Origin: a virus
Lineage: Duplodnaviria > Caudoviricetes
Strand: one strand, 5' to 3'
DNA: 51,324 bases
Virus record (IMG/VR): IMGVR_UViG_3300033076_000403
Span: 1 to 51,324 of that record
In this document: piece after piece, positions 1-9,779 of the stretch
Position numbering within the stretch: position 1 is the stretch's first letter
Layout of the letters: each line of letters begins with the position of its first letter
The notes under the pieces: generated by a model
What the model was told of the DNA's origin: nothing
The model's input: the letters and a program-made list of their open reading frames with translations, nothing else
The model's database searches: none
Made by a program: the position numbers and the translations under genes

Positions 1-336
1 GGCCGAGACAAAGCGAAGCTGCTGGAAGGCTGGGCTGAGTGGCACTACCTATCCAAAGAAGAGCAAACTGCCCTGCTGGACGCGTACAAACAAATGCGCC
101 GAAGCCAATTCGACAAGCGCATCATGGAGCGAGTGTTCGACGAGAAGTTCTACGAGCGTCAGGAAGAAGCTGAGATGCAGGAAAGACTTATGAAGCAGCA
201 GATGTACCAGCAACAAATACGAGCGGCGCAACAGCAACAAAGAGTGGCAATCCAACCGTTCACAACAATCGCAACGGACAACACAAGCGGCGGGGGTTTG
301 ATGAACAGTTTAGGGCTTGGCGGGATTTTTAGATGA
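1..336 (+). CDS. hypothetical phage protein, 5' truncated
   Basis: Frame +1 is open from base 1 to TGA at 336 and overlaps the polymerase start (ATGA), so the gene probably starts before the window. Confidence 0.7.
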   Translation, partial: GRDKAKLLEGWAEWHYLSKEEQTALLDAYKQMRRSQFDKRIMERVFDEKFYERQEEAEMQERLMKQQMYQQQIRAAQQQQRVAIQPFTTIATDNTSGGGLMNSLGLGGIFR

Positions 337-2159
337 ACATCATCACGGTTGACTTTGAAACCGCCTATGGCGGTGACCTTGGCTTTGCCAAACAGACCAC
401 GGAGGAGTACATCCGTGACCCGCGCTTTGAAGTGATCGGTGTGGCCGTGCAAGTGAACGACGGTGAGCCTGAGTGGTTCAGTGGTGACCACACAGAGATA
501 TACCAGTTCCTGAAGAAGTTTGATTGGGAGAATTCGCTGGCACTTGCGCACAACGCAGTGTTTGACGGAGCCATCTTGAGTTGGTTGTGGCGCATCAAGC
601 CCAAGGGCTGGTTGGATACGTTGAGCATGGGCCGTGCGCTGCACGGCACTGAAGTAGGTGGAAGTCTCAAAGTGCTGGCCGAGTTCTACGGAATTGGTGA
701 GAAGGGCACGGAGGTCCACAACTTCATCAACTACTTCCGCAAGGACTTCAGCCCCGAACAACTTGCCGCCTACGGCAGCTACTGCAAGAACGATGTGGCC
801 CTGACGTGGCAGTTGTTCCAACACATGAGTGCCGAGTTCCCGCCGACTGAGTTGCGCTTGATCGACCTGACCATTCGCATGTTTACCGAGCCGGTGCTGC
901 GACTGAACCAAGACTTACTTGAAGCCCACCTGCTGCTGGTGCAAGCGAAGAAAGAACAGCTTCTGAGCAAAGCTCTCATTGACCGCGATCAGTTGATGAG
1001 CAACAACCAGCTTGCCGACCTGCTTACGAAGATTGGCGTCACGCCCCCAACAAAGATCAGCCCAGCCACGGGGAAAGAAACTTATGCCTTCTCAAAGACG
1101 GATGAAGCGTTCAAGGCGCTTTTGGAGCATGAGAACCCAATCGTTCAAGCCATCGTTGCAGCTCGACTTGGAGTTAAATCCACGCTGGAAGAGACAAGGA
1201 CTGAGCGATTCATCGGAATTGCTAGACGCGGTGCGCTACCTGTCCCACTACGGTACTACGCCGCCCACACCGGACGCTGGGGCGGTGACGACAAGCTGAA
1301 CCTGCAAAACCTGCCGAGAACATCGCCGCTGAAAGAGGCCATCATCGCACCTGACGGCTACCTGATGATCGACTCGGACTCATCGCAGATTGAAGCACGT
1401 ACGCTGGCATGGCTAGCGGGTCAAGACGATTTGGTGGAGGCATTTCAAAATGGCGAGGACGTTTACAAGATCATGGCATCGGCTATCTACGGCAAGACGG
1501 TGGATGAAATCACGAAGGACGAGCGTTTCGTGGGCAAGACAACGATTCTTGGGGCTGGGTATGGGATGGGTGCGGCGAAGTTCCAAGCTCAACTTAAAAA
1601 TTTCGGAGTGGAAGTACCACTTGAAGAAGCGAAAAGGATTATCGACACGTACCGAATGACGTACCCCAAGATTGCTGCGTTTTGGAAGGAAGCTGGCAAA
1701 GCTCTTGATGCAATTCTTGCCAACCAAACGGTGAGCTTTGGCCGAGACGGTGTACTACAAGTTGAGGGCAGCAACGGCATCCGACTGCCCAACGGCCTGT
1801 ACATCAAATACCCCAACCTGCGCTTTATTGCCAACCACGACGACGGCAAGCGGGAGATGGTGTACGACACCAAGAAGGGCAAGGCGTGGGTTCCCAACCG
1901 CATCTACGGTGGAAAGGTGACCGAGAACGTCTGTCAAGCGCTTGCGCGTATCATTATTGGTGACCAGATGTTGCTCATTGCCAAGAAGTACCGTGTGGTC
2001 ATGACCGTGCATGACGCTATCGCTTGTATCGTGCCCAAGGACGAAGTTGAACGCGCCAAAGAGTACGTCGAAGTGTGCATGCGTATTCGCCCCGAGTGGG
2101 CAAAAGAACTCCCCCTTAACTGTGAGGCTGGATATGGAGAAAGTTATGGTGATTGCTAG
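333..2159 (+). CDS. polA: family A DNA polymerase with 3'-5' exonuclease domain
   Basis: ExoI TVDFET, ExoII HNAVFD, ExoIII YCKND; HTGRW..NLQN; motif A DSSQIEAR; motif B RFVGKTTILGAGYG; motif C TVHDA. Confidence 0.96.
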   Translation: MNIITVDFETAYGGDLGFAKQTTEEYIRDPRFEVIGVAVQVNDGEPEWFSGDHTEIYQFLKKFDWENSLALAHNAVFDGAILSWLWRIKPKGWLDTLSMGRALHGTEVGGSLKVLAEFYGIGEKGTEVHNFINYFRKDFSPEQLAAYGSYCKNDVALTWQLFQHMSAEFPPTELRLIDLTIRMFTEPVLRLNQDLLEAHLLLVQAKKEQLLSKALIDRDQLMSNNQLADLLTKIGVTPPTKISPATGKETYAFSKTDEAFKALLEHENPIVQAIVAARLGVKSTLEETRTERFIGIARRGALPVPLRYYAAHTGRWGGDDKLNLQNLPRTSPLKEAIIAPDGYLMIDSDSSQIEARTLAWLAGQDDLVEAFQNGEDVYKIMASAIYGKTVDEITKDERFVGKTTILGAGYGMGAAKFQAQLKNFGVEVPLEEAKRIIDTYRMTYPKIAAFWKEAGKALDAILANQTVSFGRDGVLQVEGSNGIRLPNGLYIKYPNLRFIANHDDGKREMVYDTKKGKAWVPNRIYGGKVTENVCQALARIIIGDQMLLIAKKYRVVMTVHDAIACIVPKDEVERAKEYVEVCMRIRPEWAKELPLNCEAGYGESYGDC

Positions 2160-2418
2160 CGGCGAAGCCATCGTGGACTACGCCTACCCCTGTATGAAGG
2201 CAGAGCGCGGGTTGAGAAACCTGCACGAAGCCGCCCTTGATCGTCGCTTGGACGATGCCATCGAGTGTGGGTTGTTGGCCCTTGCCGACTTGAAACTCAC
2301 CATCAACGCTTTGAAAGACATGAAGGAAAAAGAAGATGCCAAAAGTCGCATGGTCGTTCAGCAGCCTGAAAACATTCCAACAGTGTCCGAAGAAGTACTA
2401 CCACACCAAGGTAGCTAA
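2146..2418 (+). CDS. hypothetical phage protein
   Basis: ATG at 2146 preceded by GGAGA; helical product (MVIASGEAIVDYAYPC...); fills the gap between polA and the nuclease; 3' end overlaps the next gene. Confidence 0.6.
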   Translation: MVIASGEAIVDYAYPCMKAERGLRNLHEAALDRRLDDAIECGLLALADLKLTINALKDMKEKEDAKSRMVVQQPENIPTVSEEVLPHQGS

Positions 2419-3001
2419 AGACGTTGTTGAGCCTGACACTCAGGCCACGCTGTACGGCAAGTCGGTGCACACCGCTGCCGAGGAGTTCATTCGGGACGGC
2501 AAAATTGTGCCCCCCGAGTACGCTTACATTCAGCCAACCCTCAACGTGCTGATGACCATTCCCGGCACGAAGTACTGCGAGTACAAGATGGGGCTGCGTG
2601 AGGACTTGACCCCTTGCGACTTCTTTGACAAAGACGTATGGTGGCGCGGCGTGGCCGACTTGCTCGTGATAAACGAAGACAGTGGGCTGGCCCACTCGTT
2701 GGACTACAAGACCAGCAAGAGCGCACGTTACGCTGACACAAAGCAGCTGGACTTGGTAGCAGTCGGCATCTTTGCGCACTTCCCGAAGATCAAACGGGTC
2801 AAGTCTGCGTTGGCGTTTGTGGTTAGCAAAGAGTTTGTAAAGACTCAGCACTACGCCGAGATGACAGAGAAGTACATGGAGAAGCCCCGCCAAGAAGTTG
2901 CACGTCTTGAGGCAGCGTTGGACAATGGGGTGTGGAACCCAGTGCAAGGGCCGCTGTGCAAATTCTGCGCAGTGAAAGAGTGTGAGTACAACAGGAGTTA
3001 G
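2336..3001 (+). CDS. PD-(D/E)XK exonuclease, Cas4/AddB-like
   Basis: SFSSLKTFQQCPKKYY N-terminus, G..VH, RGVADL..DYKT catalytic motif, QL, C-terminal CKFCAVKEC; four Cys in the Fe-S staple arrangement. Confidence 0.88.
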   Translation: MPKVAWSFSSLKTFQQCPKKYYHTKVAKDVVEPDTQATLYGKSVHTAAEEFIRDGKIVPPEYAYIQPTLNVLMTIPGTKYCEYKMGLREDLTPCDFFDKDVWWRGVADLLVINEDSGLAHSLDYKTSKSARYADTKQLDLVAVGIFAHFPKIKRVKSALAFVVSKEFVKTQHYAEMTEKYMEKPRQEVARLEAALDNGVWNPVQGPLCKFCAVKECEYNRS

Positions 3002-3003
3002 AG

Positions 3004-3198
3004 ATGACAGAGGAAGAAAAGAACCAAGCTGCGGCGTACATCAAGCTGCAAGATGATGTGAAAAAGCTGATCGTGGATATAGTCAGTAACGCCCTCCAGT
3101 CGGAACTGAGAAACAATGTAATTTCGACTGTGGTTTACGACGGCATGTTTGACAGCCGGGTCAGAGACGTCATCAAAAACCAAATGAACAAATACTAA
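3004..3198 (+). CDS. hypothetical protein
   Basis: 64-aa ORF with AGGAG RBS, tightly packed in the operon. Confidence 0.7.
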   Translation: MTEEEKNQAAAYIKLQDDVKKLIVDIVSNALQSELRNNVISTVVYDGMFDSRVRDVIKNQMNKY

Positions 3199-3209
3199 GG
3201 AGACGAGAG

Positions 3210-3530
3210 ATGACGCAGATGACCAACGAGGAAACCGACACCGCACTGATTCTTGAGAACGAACTGAAGCGCCGAGTAAAAGAAGTGCTGGGTTCTGTGG
3301 TTCATGCAGTGGTGCGGGAACAAATGAGAAAAGCGTTCGCCGAGCAAAAAGCAGAAATGATGATGGAAGTTAGCATCGCTATCGGCAAGATGCTGCGGGT
3401 GATCGAGGAAGAGGGACGCAACCCTTTGTGGGAAACCGACATGGATAAACTTGGCTTTGGTCAAGTGCCCATCAACCATAACCTTGAAAAGGTAGACCAT
3501 GCCCTACGTGAACAAACCCCGTCCGTATAA
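3210..3530 (+). CDS. hypothetical protein
   Basis: 106-aa helical ORF, TAAGGAG RBS. Confidence 0.75.
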   Translation: MTQMTNEETDTALILENELKRRVKEVLGSVVHAVVREQMRKAFAEQKAEMMMEVSIAIGKMLRVIEEEGRNPLWETDMDKLGFGQVPINHNLEKVDHALREQTPSV

Positions 3531-3813
3531 ACACGAATACGAAATGCAAAAGGCACGAGGCGAAGGGCCAGCCCGTGCGGAGAGACAACGTGCAAGAGAA
3601 GCAATCGACAAGAAGTACCCTGACCGAAACAAAAACGGAGAAGCTGATGTGCGTGAAGGCAAAGATGTTGCACACGTCAAGGCTTTATCTAAGGGTGGAA
3701 GCAACAAAGACGGAACACGCATCGAGTCAGCGGCAAAGAACCGCTCATTCAAACGCAACAGCAAGCACCAGCTCGTGACCGAGACAAGCACCAAAGAACG
3801 CAAGAAAAAATGA
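3499..3813 (+). CDS. small basic HNH-endonuclease-like protein
   Basis: KDVAHVKALSKGGSN...KNRS resembles the D-x-D/A-H..L..GG-x-N...N HNH core; AAGG RBS. Confidence 0.65.
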   Translation: MPYVNKPRPYKHEYEMQKARGEGPARAERQRAREAIDKKYPDRNKNGEADVREGKDVAHVKALSKGGSNKDGTRIESAAKNRSFKRNSKHQLVTETSTKERKKK

Positions 3814-5207
3814 ACTTATCAGAGTATGACTACCCCAGACCGCTGGGGTTCAATCCGTTCGAGCATCAGAAGCAAACAGCAGAGTTTTTAGTTAGTAACC
3901 GCAAGGCGTTTTGTTTCAACGAGCAAGGCACGGGCAAGACCGCATCGGTGATCTGGTCCGCCGACTACCTCATGAAGCTGGGGCTCATCAAGCGCGTGTT
4001 GGTGATCTGCCCCCTGTCGATCATGAAGGCATCGTGGCAAGCCGACCTGTTCAAATTTGCCATGCACCGCACGGTGGCTGTGGCACACGGCGCGGCAAAG
4101 AAGCGCAAGGAAATCGTTGGCGGCATGGCCGAGTTCGTCATCATCAACTTTGATGGCGTGGGCATCGTCAAGAAAGAAATCATGGCCGGGGGCTTTGACC
4201 TCATCGTGGTCGATGAGGCGTCGGCGTACAAGAACCCGCGCACCGAGCGGTGGAAAGACCTCCGTGATCTTACAAAAGTAATAAAGGGGCTGTGGATGTT
4301 GACGGGTACGCCCGCAGCGCAGTCGCCTGTGGATGCTTACGGATTGGCAAAGCTGGTCAACCCCAAGAGCGTGGCCCCCTTCTATGGTCAGTTCCGCGAC
4401 CAAGTCATGTTCAAAGTGAGCGAGTACCGCTGGGTTCCGCGCCGTGAGGCCAAGCACATCGTGCACAGCGTCTTGCAGCCAGCCATTCGGTTTGAGAAGA
4501 AGGCGTGTATCGACCTACCTCCAGTCACGTACATTGACCGTGACGCACCCCTGACTCCACAACAGAAGGGCTACTACAAACTGCTGGCCAAGCAAGCTCT
4601 GATTGAAGCTGCCGGAGAAGAAGTGAGCGCAGTCAACGCAGCGTCCAAAATCAACAAACTCTTACAGATTGCTTGCGGCTCGGTCTACACCGACACGGGT
4701 GAAGTGGTGGACTTCGACGTGAGCAACCGCTTAAACGTGGTACAGGAAGTGATCGAGGAGTCCAGCAACAAGGTCTTGGTCTTTGTGCCCTTCACGCACA
4801 CCATTGATCTGCTGCGCAAACACCTTGAAAAGCACCACATTTCCTGCGATGTCATCAACGGGTCTGTGTCTGCCAACGCACGTGCAGAGATCGTCCAGAC
4901 TTTCCAGAATAGTGAAAACCCCAAGGTGCTTATCATTCAGCCGCAAGCTGCCTCACATGGCCTTACACTGACTGCTGCCGACACCATCATTTGGTACGCA
5001 CCCTGCACCAGCGTTGAGACCTACCTGCAAGCCAACGCCCGCATCGACAGGCCCGGACAAGTCAACCCCATGACCATCGTGCACGTCCGAGGCAGTGAAG
5101 TCGAGGCCAAGATGTACACGCTGCTGCGTAACAACATCGACAACCACAACCAGATCATTGATCTGTACCGCGAAGAAATCCTCGAAAAAGATTTTGAAGT
5201 TGCTTGA
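3810..5207 (+). CDS. SNF2-family (SF2) helicase
   Basis: EQGTGKT Walker A, VICPLS, VVDEAS Walker B, LTGTP, HGLTLTAA, QANARIDRPGQ motif VI. Confidence 0.93.
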   Translation: MNLSEYDYPRPLGFNPFEHQKQTAEFLVSNRKAFCFNEQGTGKTASVIWSADYLMKLGLIKRVLVICPLSIMKASWQADLFKFAMHRTVAVAHGAAKKRKEIVGGMAEFVIINFDGVGIVKKEIMAGGFDLIVVDEASAYKNPRTERWKDLRDLTKVIKGLWMLTGTPAAQSPVDAYGLAKLVNPKSVAPFYGQFRDQVMFKVSEYRWVPRREAKHIVHSVLQPAIRFEKKACIDLPPVTYIDRDAPLTPQQKGYYKLLAKQALIEAAGEEVSAVNAASKINKLLQIACGSVYTDTGEVVDFDVSNRLNVVQEVIEESSNKVLVFVPFTHTIDLLRKHLEKHHISCDVINGSVSANARAEIVQTFQNSENPKVLIIQPQAASHGLTLTAADTIIWYAPCTSVETYLQANARIDRPGQVNPMTIVHVRGSEVEAKMYTLLRNNIDNHNQIIDLYREEILEKDFEVA

Positions 5208-5231
5208 CACTGTCAAGAACTGTGCTATACT
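5204..5231 (+). promoter_or_regulatory. sigma70-type promoter with an operator-like palindrome over the -35
   Basis: TTGACA (5204-5209), 16-bp spacer, TG-n-TATACT (5223-5231); the perfect dyad CTTGACA-C-TGTCAAG (5203-5217) covers the -35. Confidence 0.75.
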
Positions 5232-5259
5232 GAACGTCCCTTTTTCATTGGAGTCTGAA

Positions 5260-5682
5260 ATGTCAGAAGAAGTTGAGGTGGTCGGTGACCACAATTTAGA
5301 GCAGTTGACCAAGGTGTATTTGAAGATCAGAGACGCTAAGGACACACTCACATCAGAGTACAAGCAGGCATGCGCCAACTTGGACGAGCAACTCACACTC
5401 ATCGGGCATCAGATGCTCGACGTTTGTAAAAACATGGGTGCGAATAGCATCAAAACCCCACATGGCACGGTCATCCGTTCGGTTAAGTCACGGTACTGGA
5501 CGAATGATTGGGATTCAATGTACGACTTCATCGAGGAGCACGGTGCATTTGGCCTGTTGGAGAAGAGGCTTCATCAAACAAACATGAAAGACTTTCTCTC
5601 CGAGAATCCCGAACTCCTTCCCAAAGGCTTGAACGTTGAGAATGAGTACACCGTGGTTGTTAGACGTCCCAAAGGAAATTGA
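5260..5682 (+). CDS. hypothetical replication-module protein (coiled-coil N-terminus)
   Basis: ATG 5260 after GGAG RBS, just downstream of the promoter; LTKVYLKIRD coiled coil then KTPHGTV..DWDSMYDFI. Confidence 0.8.
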   Translation: MSEEVEVVGDHNLEQLTKVYLKIRDAKDTLTSEYKQACANLDEQLTLIGHQMLDVCKNMGANSIKTPHGTVIRSVKSRYWTNDWDSMYDFIEEHGAFGLLEKRLHQTNMKDFLSENPELLPKGLNVENEYTVVVRRPKGN

Positions 5683-5683
5683 A

Positions 5684-5821
5684 ATGAGTGAAGATACGCA
5701 GTTGAGACTTGAGGCAGTGCGCCTCGTAGTACAAGCCCTTGAGTCGTGTTCCGTTGAAATGGAAAATGTTGTCGAGATGGCCGCCAAAGTTTATGAGTTC
5801 ATCAAAGGAGAAGCAAAATGA
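5684..5821 (+). CDS. small hypothetical protein (45 aa)
   Basis: ATG 5684 after AAGGA; ATGA overlap with the next gene. Confidence 0.65.
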   Translation: MSEDTQLRLEAVRLVVQALESCSVEMENVVEMAAKVYEFIKGEAK

Positions 5822-6705
5822 GCAACGATATTGCACTGTTGAACCAAGACCTCCCCGACTTTCTGCAAACCGCAGGGGTCAGTGAGCTAACAAAAAAGCT
5901 GGCCGGTAAAACCGGTGTCAAACGCATCGTGCCGAAGAACGGCATCTTCCGCAAAGTTGTAGGCGGCGAAGAAATGGGTAAGGTCAAGGGTTCCTTGGAC
6001 GCCATCATCGTCAACGCATCTCCTGCGGTGGGTCGCATCTTCTACGCGAAGCAGTGGACCCCTGAGTCTGAGCCGACCGCGCCCGATTGTTTCAGCAACG
6101 ACGGCCAAGTGCCTGACGCTGGCTCGGCCAACCCCCAAGCTGACCGCTGTGACTCGTGCCAACAGAACATCAAAGGTTCGGGCATGGGCAACTCCAAGGC
6201 TTGCCGCTACTCTCGCCGACTGGCTATGGTGCTGGTTGAAGACTTTGGCACTTCCCTTGAGGGTGAGGTGTACCAGATGAACTTGGCCTCCAAGTCTTTG
6301 TTCGGTGAGAGCAACACAGACAACGCCTTCACATTTGAGAACTACACCAAGTACCTCGCCAACAACGGCAAGAGCTTAGACTATGTGGTGACCACCATTG
6401 GCTTCAACGAGGACAACGACAACCAGTCGGTGCTCTTCACCCCTGCGCGATTCATCACCAAGGACCAGTACGCTGTGACTTCTACGGTTGGTGCAAAGCC
6501 TGAAATCCAGAAGCTGGTTGTGATGACCCCGTACCAAGCCGACACCGCTGGCAAAGCACTCCCCGCGCCTGCTGCGCCCAAAGCAGAAGCCAAAGCCGAA
6601 GTGCCCGAGCCGACCAAGCGCGAGTCGAAGAAAGCTGCTGCCCCTGAGCCGACTGCCAAGAAGGACTTGTCCTCCGTGGTTAAGGCTTGGTCCGACGAGG
6701 AGTAA
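5818..6705 (+). CDS. putative single-stranded DNA-binding protein (Cys4 cluster, acidic tail)
   Basis: Position in the replication module; PDCFS..CDSC..KACR Cys cluster; Pro/Ala/Lys linker; acidic C-terminus AWSDEE typical of phage SSBs. Confidence 0.6.
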   Translation: MSNDIALLNQDLPDFLQTAGVSELTKKLAGKTGVKRIVPKNGIFRKVVGGEEMGKVKGSLDAIIVNASPAVGRIFYAKQWTPESEPTAPDCFSNDGQVPDAGSANPQADRCDSCQQNIKGSGMGNSKACRYSRRLAMVLVEDFGTSLEGEVYQMNLASKSLFGESNTDNAFTFENYTKYLANNGKSLDYVVTTIGFNEDNDNQSVLFTPARFITKDQYAVTSTVGAKPEIQKLVVMTPYQADTAGKALPAPAAPKAEAKAEVPEPTKRESKKAAAPEPTAKKDLSSVVKAWSDEE

Positions 6706-6707
6706 CC

Positions 6708-6941
6708 ATGAGCCAAGGCTACAGCACAAATTTGGTTGCAGCAAACCGGCAGGAGAGCTTGCGCCACATCGGTGTTGCCCTTGGTCGTGTGTGCATCAAA
6801 AAGGGTGTTCCAGTGACGGACGTTGCTGCTCACTTCCACGTGAGTCGGCAAACTGTTTACAGCTGGTTCAAGGGGGTCTCGCACCCCCGCCCTGAACTCC
6901 AAAAGGACATTGAACGGTACATGAACAAAATTGGGCGCTAA
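6708..6941 (+). CDS. Cro/XRE-like helix-turn-helix protein
   Basis: VTDVAAHFHVSRQTVYSWFKG is a canonical HTH; GAGGAG RBS. Confidence 0.85.
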   Translation: MSQGYSTNLVAANRQESLRHIGVALGRVCIKKGVPVTDVAAHFHVSRQTVYSWFKGVSHPRPELQKDIERYMNKIGR

Positions 6942-6944
6942 AAC

Positions 6945-9779
6945 ATGTTTGATCTTCTCAATACCGTATTGCCTACGGAGGGCAGGTATTGCATCATTGG
7001 CATCGGCAAATACCCCGACCAACGATTTGCGGACACGCGAGAAGAAGCTGAAGAACTAATCCAAGAATTTGTCGGCAAGAAGTGGGAGACGTATTTTGGG
7101 TGCGCCAAGTTTGGCCCTCAAGACAATCGAACCCAAGACAACGCACTGTACTTCCGCGCACTGTGGATGGACATTGATTGCGGCCCCACCAAGGGTGTGC
7201 CGAACGACAAAGGGAAGATTGAAGGCTATCTCGACCAAGACATTGGCTTGACTGAGCTGAAAAAGTTCTGCAAGACTGTCGGCCTACCGCAACCAATACT
7301 TGTCAACTCAGGCAACGGTATCCACGCCTACTGGCTGATTGACCGCACTCTGTCACGCGCCGAGTGGAACCCACTGGCCAAGCGCCTCAAGGCTTTGTGC
7401 AAAGAGCACGGCCTGATCGTTGACGACAAAGTGTTTGAGGCCTCACGGGTTCTGCGCCCGATGAACTCGGCCAACTTCAAGTCCGACCCGCCAAAGCCGG
7501 TCGAGATTTGGAATGAACATACGCAGGTACTGACGTACGAGCAGGTGGTTGAGCTGCTCGGCGCACCGCCACCAGAGGAAGAAGTACCCGACTTCATCCC
7601 ACGCAGTATGAGCCCCATGATGGAGGCCATGATGCACAACAAGGTGAAGCGGTTCAAGACCATCATGCTCAAGGGCGAAGATGGCTGTGCACAACTCAAC
7701 TACTGCTACGCAAACCAAGAATCACTCGACGAACCTTTGTGGCAGTCGGCGTTGTCAATCACTGCGTTTTGCGTTGATGGCGATGAGGCGGCACACAAAA
7801 TGTCCAATCAGTACCCAGAGTACGATGCCGCAGAAGTCGATAACAAATTGCGAAATATTCGCAAGCGGGGAGGCCCACATCATTGCACCACATTTGAAGA
7901 ACGCAACCCCGGCGGTTGCGATGGCTGCCCACACAAAGGCAAGCTAAAGTCACCAATCATGCTGGGCGTCGAAGTAGCTGAAGCCGACCCAGATGACAAC
8001 GAGATCGTCGTTGAAGACGAAAAGACCGGAGAGGAAATCAAGTACGTCATACCTGAGTACCCGTTTCCATTTTTCCGAGGTAAGAACGGTGGAGTTTACC
8101 GCAAGGCAGACGACGCCGAGTCCGATGCAGAAAAAGTGTATGAGCATGACTTCTACTTGGTCAAGCGCATGCGGGACCCAGAGCTGGGAGAAATGGCGCT
8201 GTTTAGGCTGCACCTCCCGCAAGACGGGGTCCGTGAGTTCACGATGCCAGCGGCAACGATTTGTTCCAAAGACTCACTGCGTAGCGTATTGGCCGAGCAC
8301 GGCATCATCACCTACAAGAATCAAGGCGAGAACTTGGGCATGTACGTGGTGACGTCTTTGAAGAACATGCAGTTTGAAAAGAAGGCGGAGCTAATGAGAA
8401 CACAATTTGGTTGGGCCGACAAAGACAGCAAGTTCATTGTCGGTACGAAGGAAATCACAAAAGACGGCGTGTTTTACAGCCCACCCTCGTCGGTGACCGA
8501 GGACGTGGTGGAGAAGATGGATGCCTTGGGGTCGCTTGAGAAGTGGAAAGAGGTGTTCAACATGTACGCCCTTCCGGGCCTCGAGTCGCATGCGTTTGCT
8601 GCGCTGACAGCGTTCGGTTCCCCGCTGCTCAAATTCACAGGTTTGAGTGGCGCAATCATCAACGTCATTCACCCCCAGTCAGGCACGGGCAAGTCCACGA
8701 TTCTGTACATGTGCAACAGCGTGAGCGGCCACCCCAAAGACCTGACCAGCATGTTCAAGGATACCCTCAACGCCAAGATGCACCGGCTCGGCGTGATGAA
8801 CAACTTGGCTAACACCATCGACGAGATCACAAACATGAGCGGCATGGAGTTCTCTGATCTGGCGTACAGCATCAGCCAAGGCCGAAGCAAAGACCGCATG
8901 AAGGGGCAGACCAACGAGCTGCGCAAGAACAACACGAAGTGGCAGGGCATCACCCTTTGCTCATCCAACGCCAGCTTCTACGAAAAACTTGGCGTGGCCA
9001 AGAACACCCCCGACGGCGAGTCCATGCGTCTGCTGGAATACCGTATCGAGCCGAGCGACCATATCGCGGTGGACGTGGGCAAGCAAATGTTTGACCACCA
9101 ACTGTTTGAGAACTATGGCCATGCAATGGAGGTATACGGGCAGTGGCTGGTGAGCAACTTGGAAGAAGGCGTCCGTTTGATGCGCCAGATTCAGGCCAAA
9201 ATCGACAAAGAGATTCAGTTCTCCCAGCGTGAGCGTTTCTGGTCAGGCGTCGTGGCTTGCAACATTGCAGGGGGTTTGATCGCCAAGAACCTCGGCCTGC
9301 ACGACTACGACATGAAGGCAGTCTACGAGTGGGTCAAAGGCATGCTCGGCGAGATGCGCCAAGAGATTGCACCGCCCCGTGAGGACACCAGCTTTGTGCT
9401 CGGCGAATTCATGAACAGCCACATCAACAACGCCGTGGTGGTCAACGGTGAGATTGACGCACGCACGAAAATGGAGGCCGCGCCGATCATGGAGCCGCGA
9501 GGTGAGCTGATGATTCGCTACGAACCAGACACCAAAGAGCTGTACATTTCAGTCAAGGCGTTCCGAGACTTCTGTGTACGCACGCAGACAAACTACAAGG
9601 GCACACTGAAAGAGCTACAGAAATCGGGCATCTACCTCGACACCGTGAACAAACGCTTGTCTAAGGGCATGAAGGTTGTAACCCCCGCCGTGCGCGTCCT
9701 CAAGTTCGATGCGTCAGGCCACGACTTCCTCCAGCTGGGTGCAGACGATGCGAATCGAGACAGTGAGCTATCAGATTAA
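6945..9779 (+). CDS. primase-helicase fusion (RepB/AEP-type primase + DUF927-like + P-loop helicase)
   Basis: LWMDID and VNSGNGIHAYW primase motifs, SRVLRP; Cys-rich CTTF..CDGC; QFGWAD DUF927-like segment; QSGTGKST Walker A, IDE Walker B. Confidence 0.88.
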   Translation: MFDLLNTVLPTEGRYCIIGIGKYPDQRFADTREEAEELIQEFVGKKWETYFGCAKFGPQDNRTQDNALYFRALWMDIDCGPTKGVPNDKGKIEGYLDQDIGLTELKKFCKTVGLPQPILVNSGNGIHAYWLIDRTLSRAEWNPLAKRLKALCKEHGLIVDDKVFEASRVLRPMNSANFKSDPPKPVEIWNEHTQVLTYEQVVELLGAPPPEEEVPDFIPRSMSPMMEAMMHNKVKRFKTIMLKGEDGCAQLNYCYANQESLDEPLWQSALSITAFCVDGDEAAHKMSNQYPEYDAAEVDNKLRNIRKRGGPHHCTTFEERNPGGCDGCPHKGKLKSPIMLGVEVAEADPDDNEIVVEDEKTGEEIKYVIPEYPFPFFRGKNGGVYRKADDAESDAEKVYEHDFYLVKRMRDPELGEMALFRLHLPQDGVREFTMPAATICSKDSLRSVLAEHGIITYKNQGENLGMYVVTSLKNMQFEKKAELMRTQFGWADKDSKFIVGTKEITKDGVFYSPPSSVTEDVVEKMDALGSLEKWKEVFNMYALPGLESHAFAALTAFGSPLLKFTGLSGAIINVIHPQSGTGKSTILYMCNSVSGHPKDLTSMFKDTLNAKMHRLGVMNNLANTIDEITNMSGMEFSDLAYSISQGRSKDRMKGQTNELRKNNTKWQGITLCSSNASFYEKLGVAKNTPDGESMRLLEYRIEPSDHIAVDVGKQMFDHQLFENYGHAMEVYGQWLVSNLEEGVRLMRQIQAKIDKEIQFSQRERFWSGVVACNIAGGLIAKNLGLHDYDMKAVYEWVKGMLGEMRQEIAPPREDTSFVLGEFMNSHINNAVVVNGEIDARTKMEAAPIMEPRGELMIRYEPDTKELYISVKAFRDFCVRTQTNYKGTLKELQKSGIYLDTVNKRLSKGMKVVTPAVRVLKFDASGHDFLQLGADDANRDSELSD

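Noticed and set aside
333-2159. DpoZ or modified-base (Z-genome) polymerase system
   Set aside because: No purZ, datZ, mazZ or other base-modification genes in the window; motifs fit an ordinary Leu762 PolA
3810-9779. Anti-phage defence system (SNF2 + nuclease + HNH)
   Set aside because: Gene order with PolA, SSB and primase is a standard phage replication module
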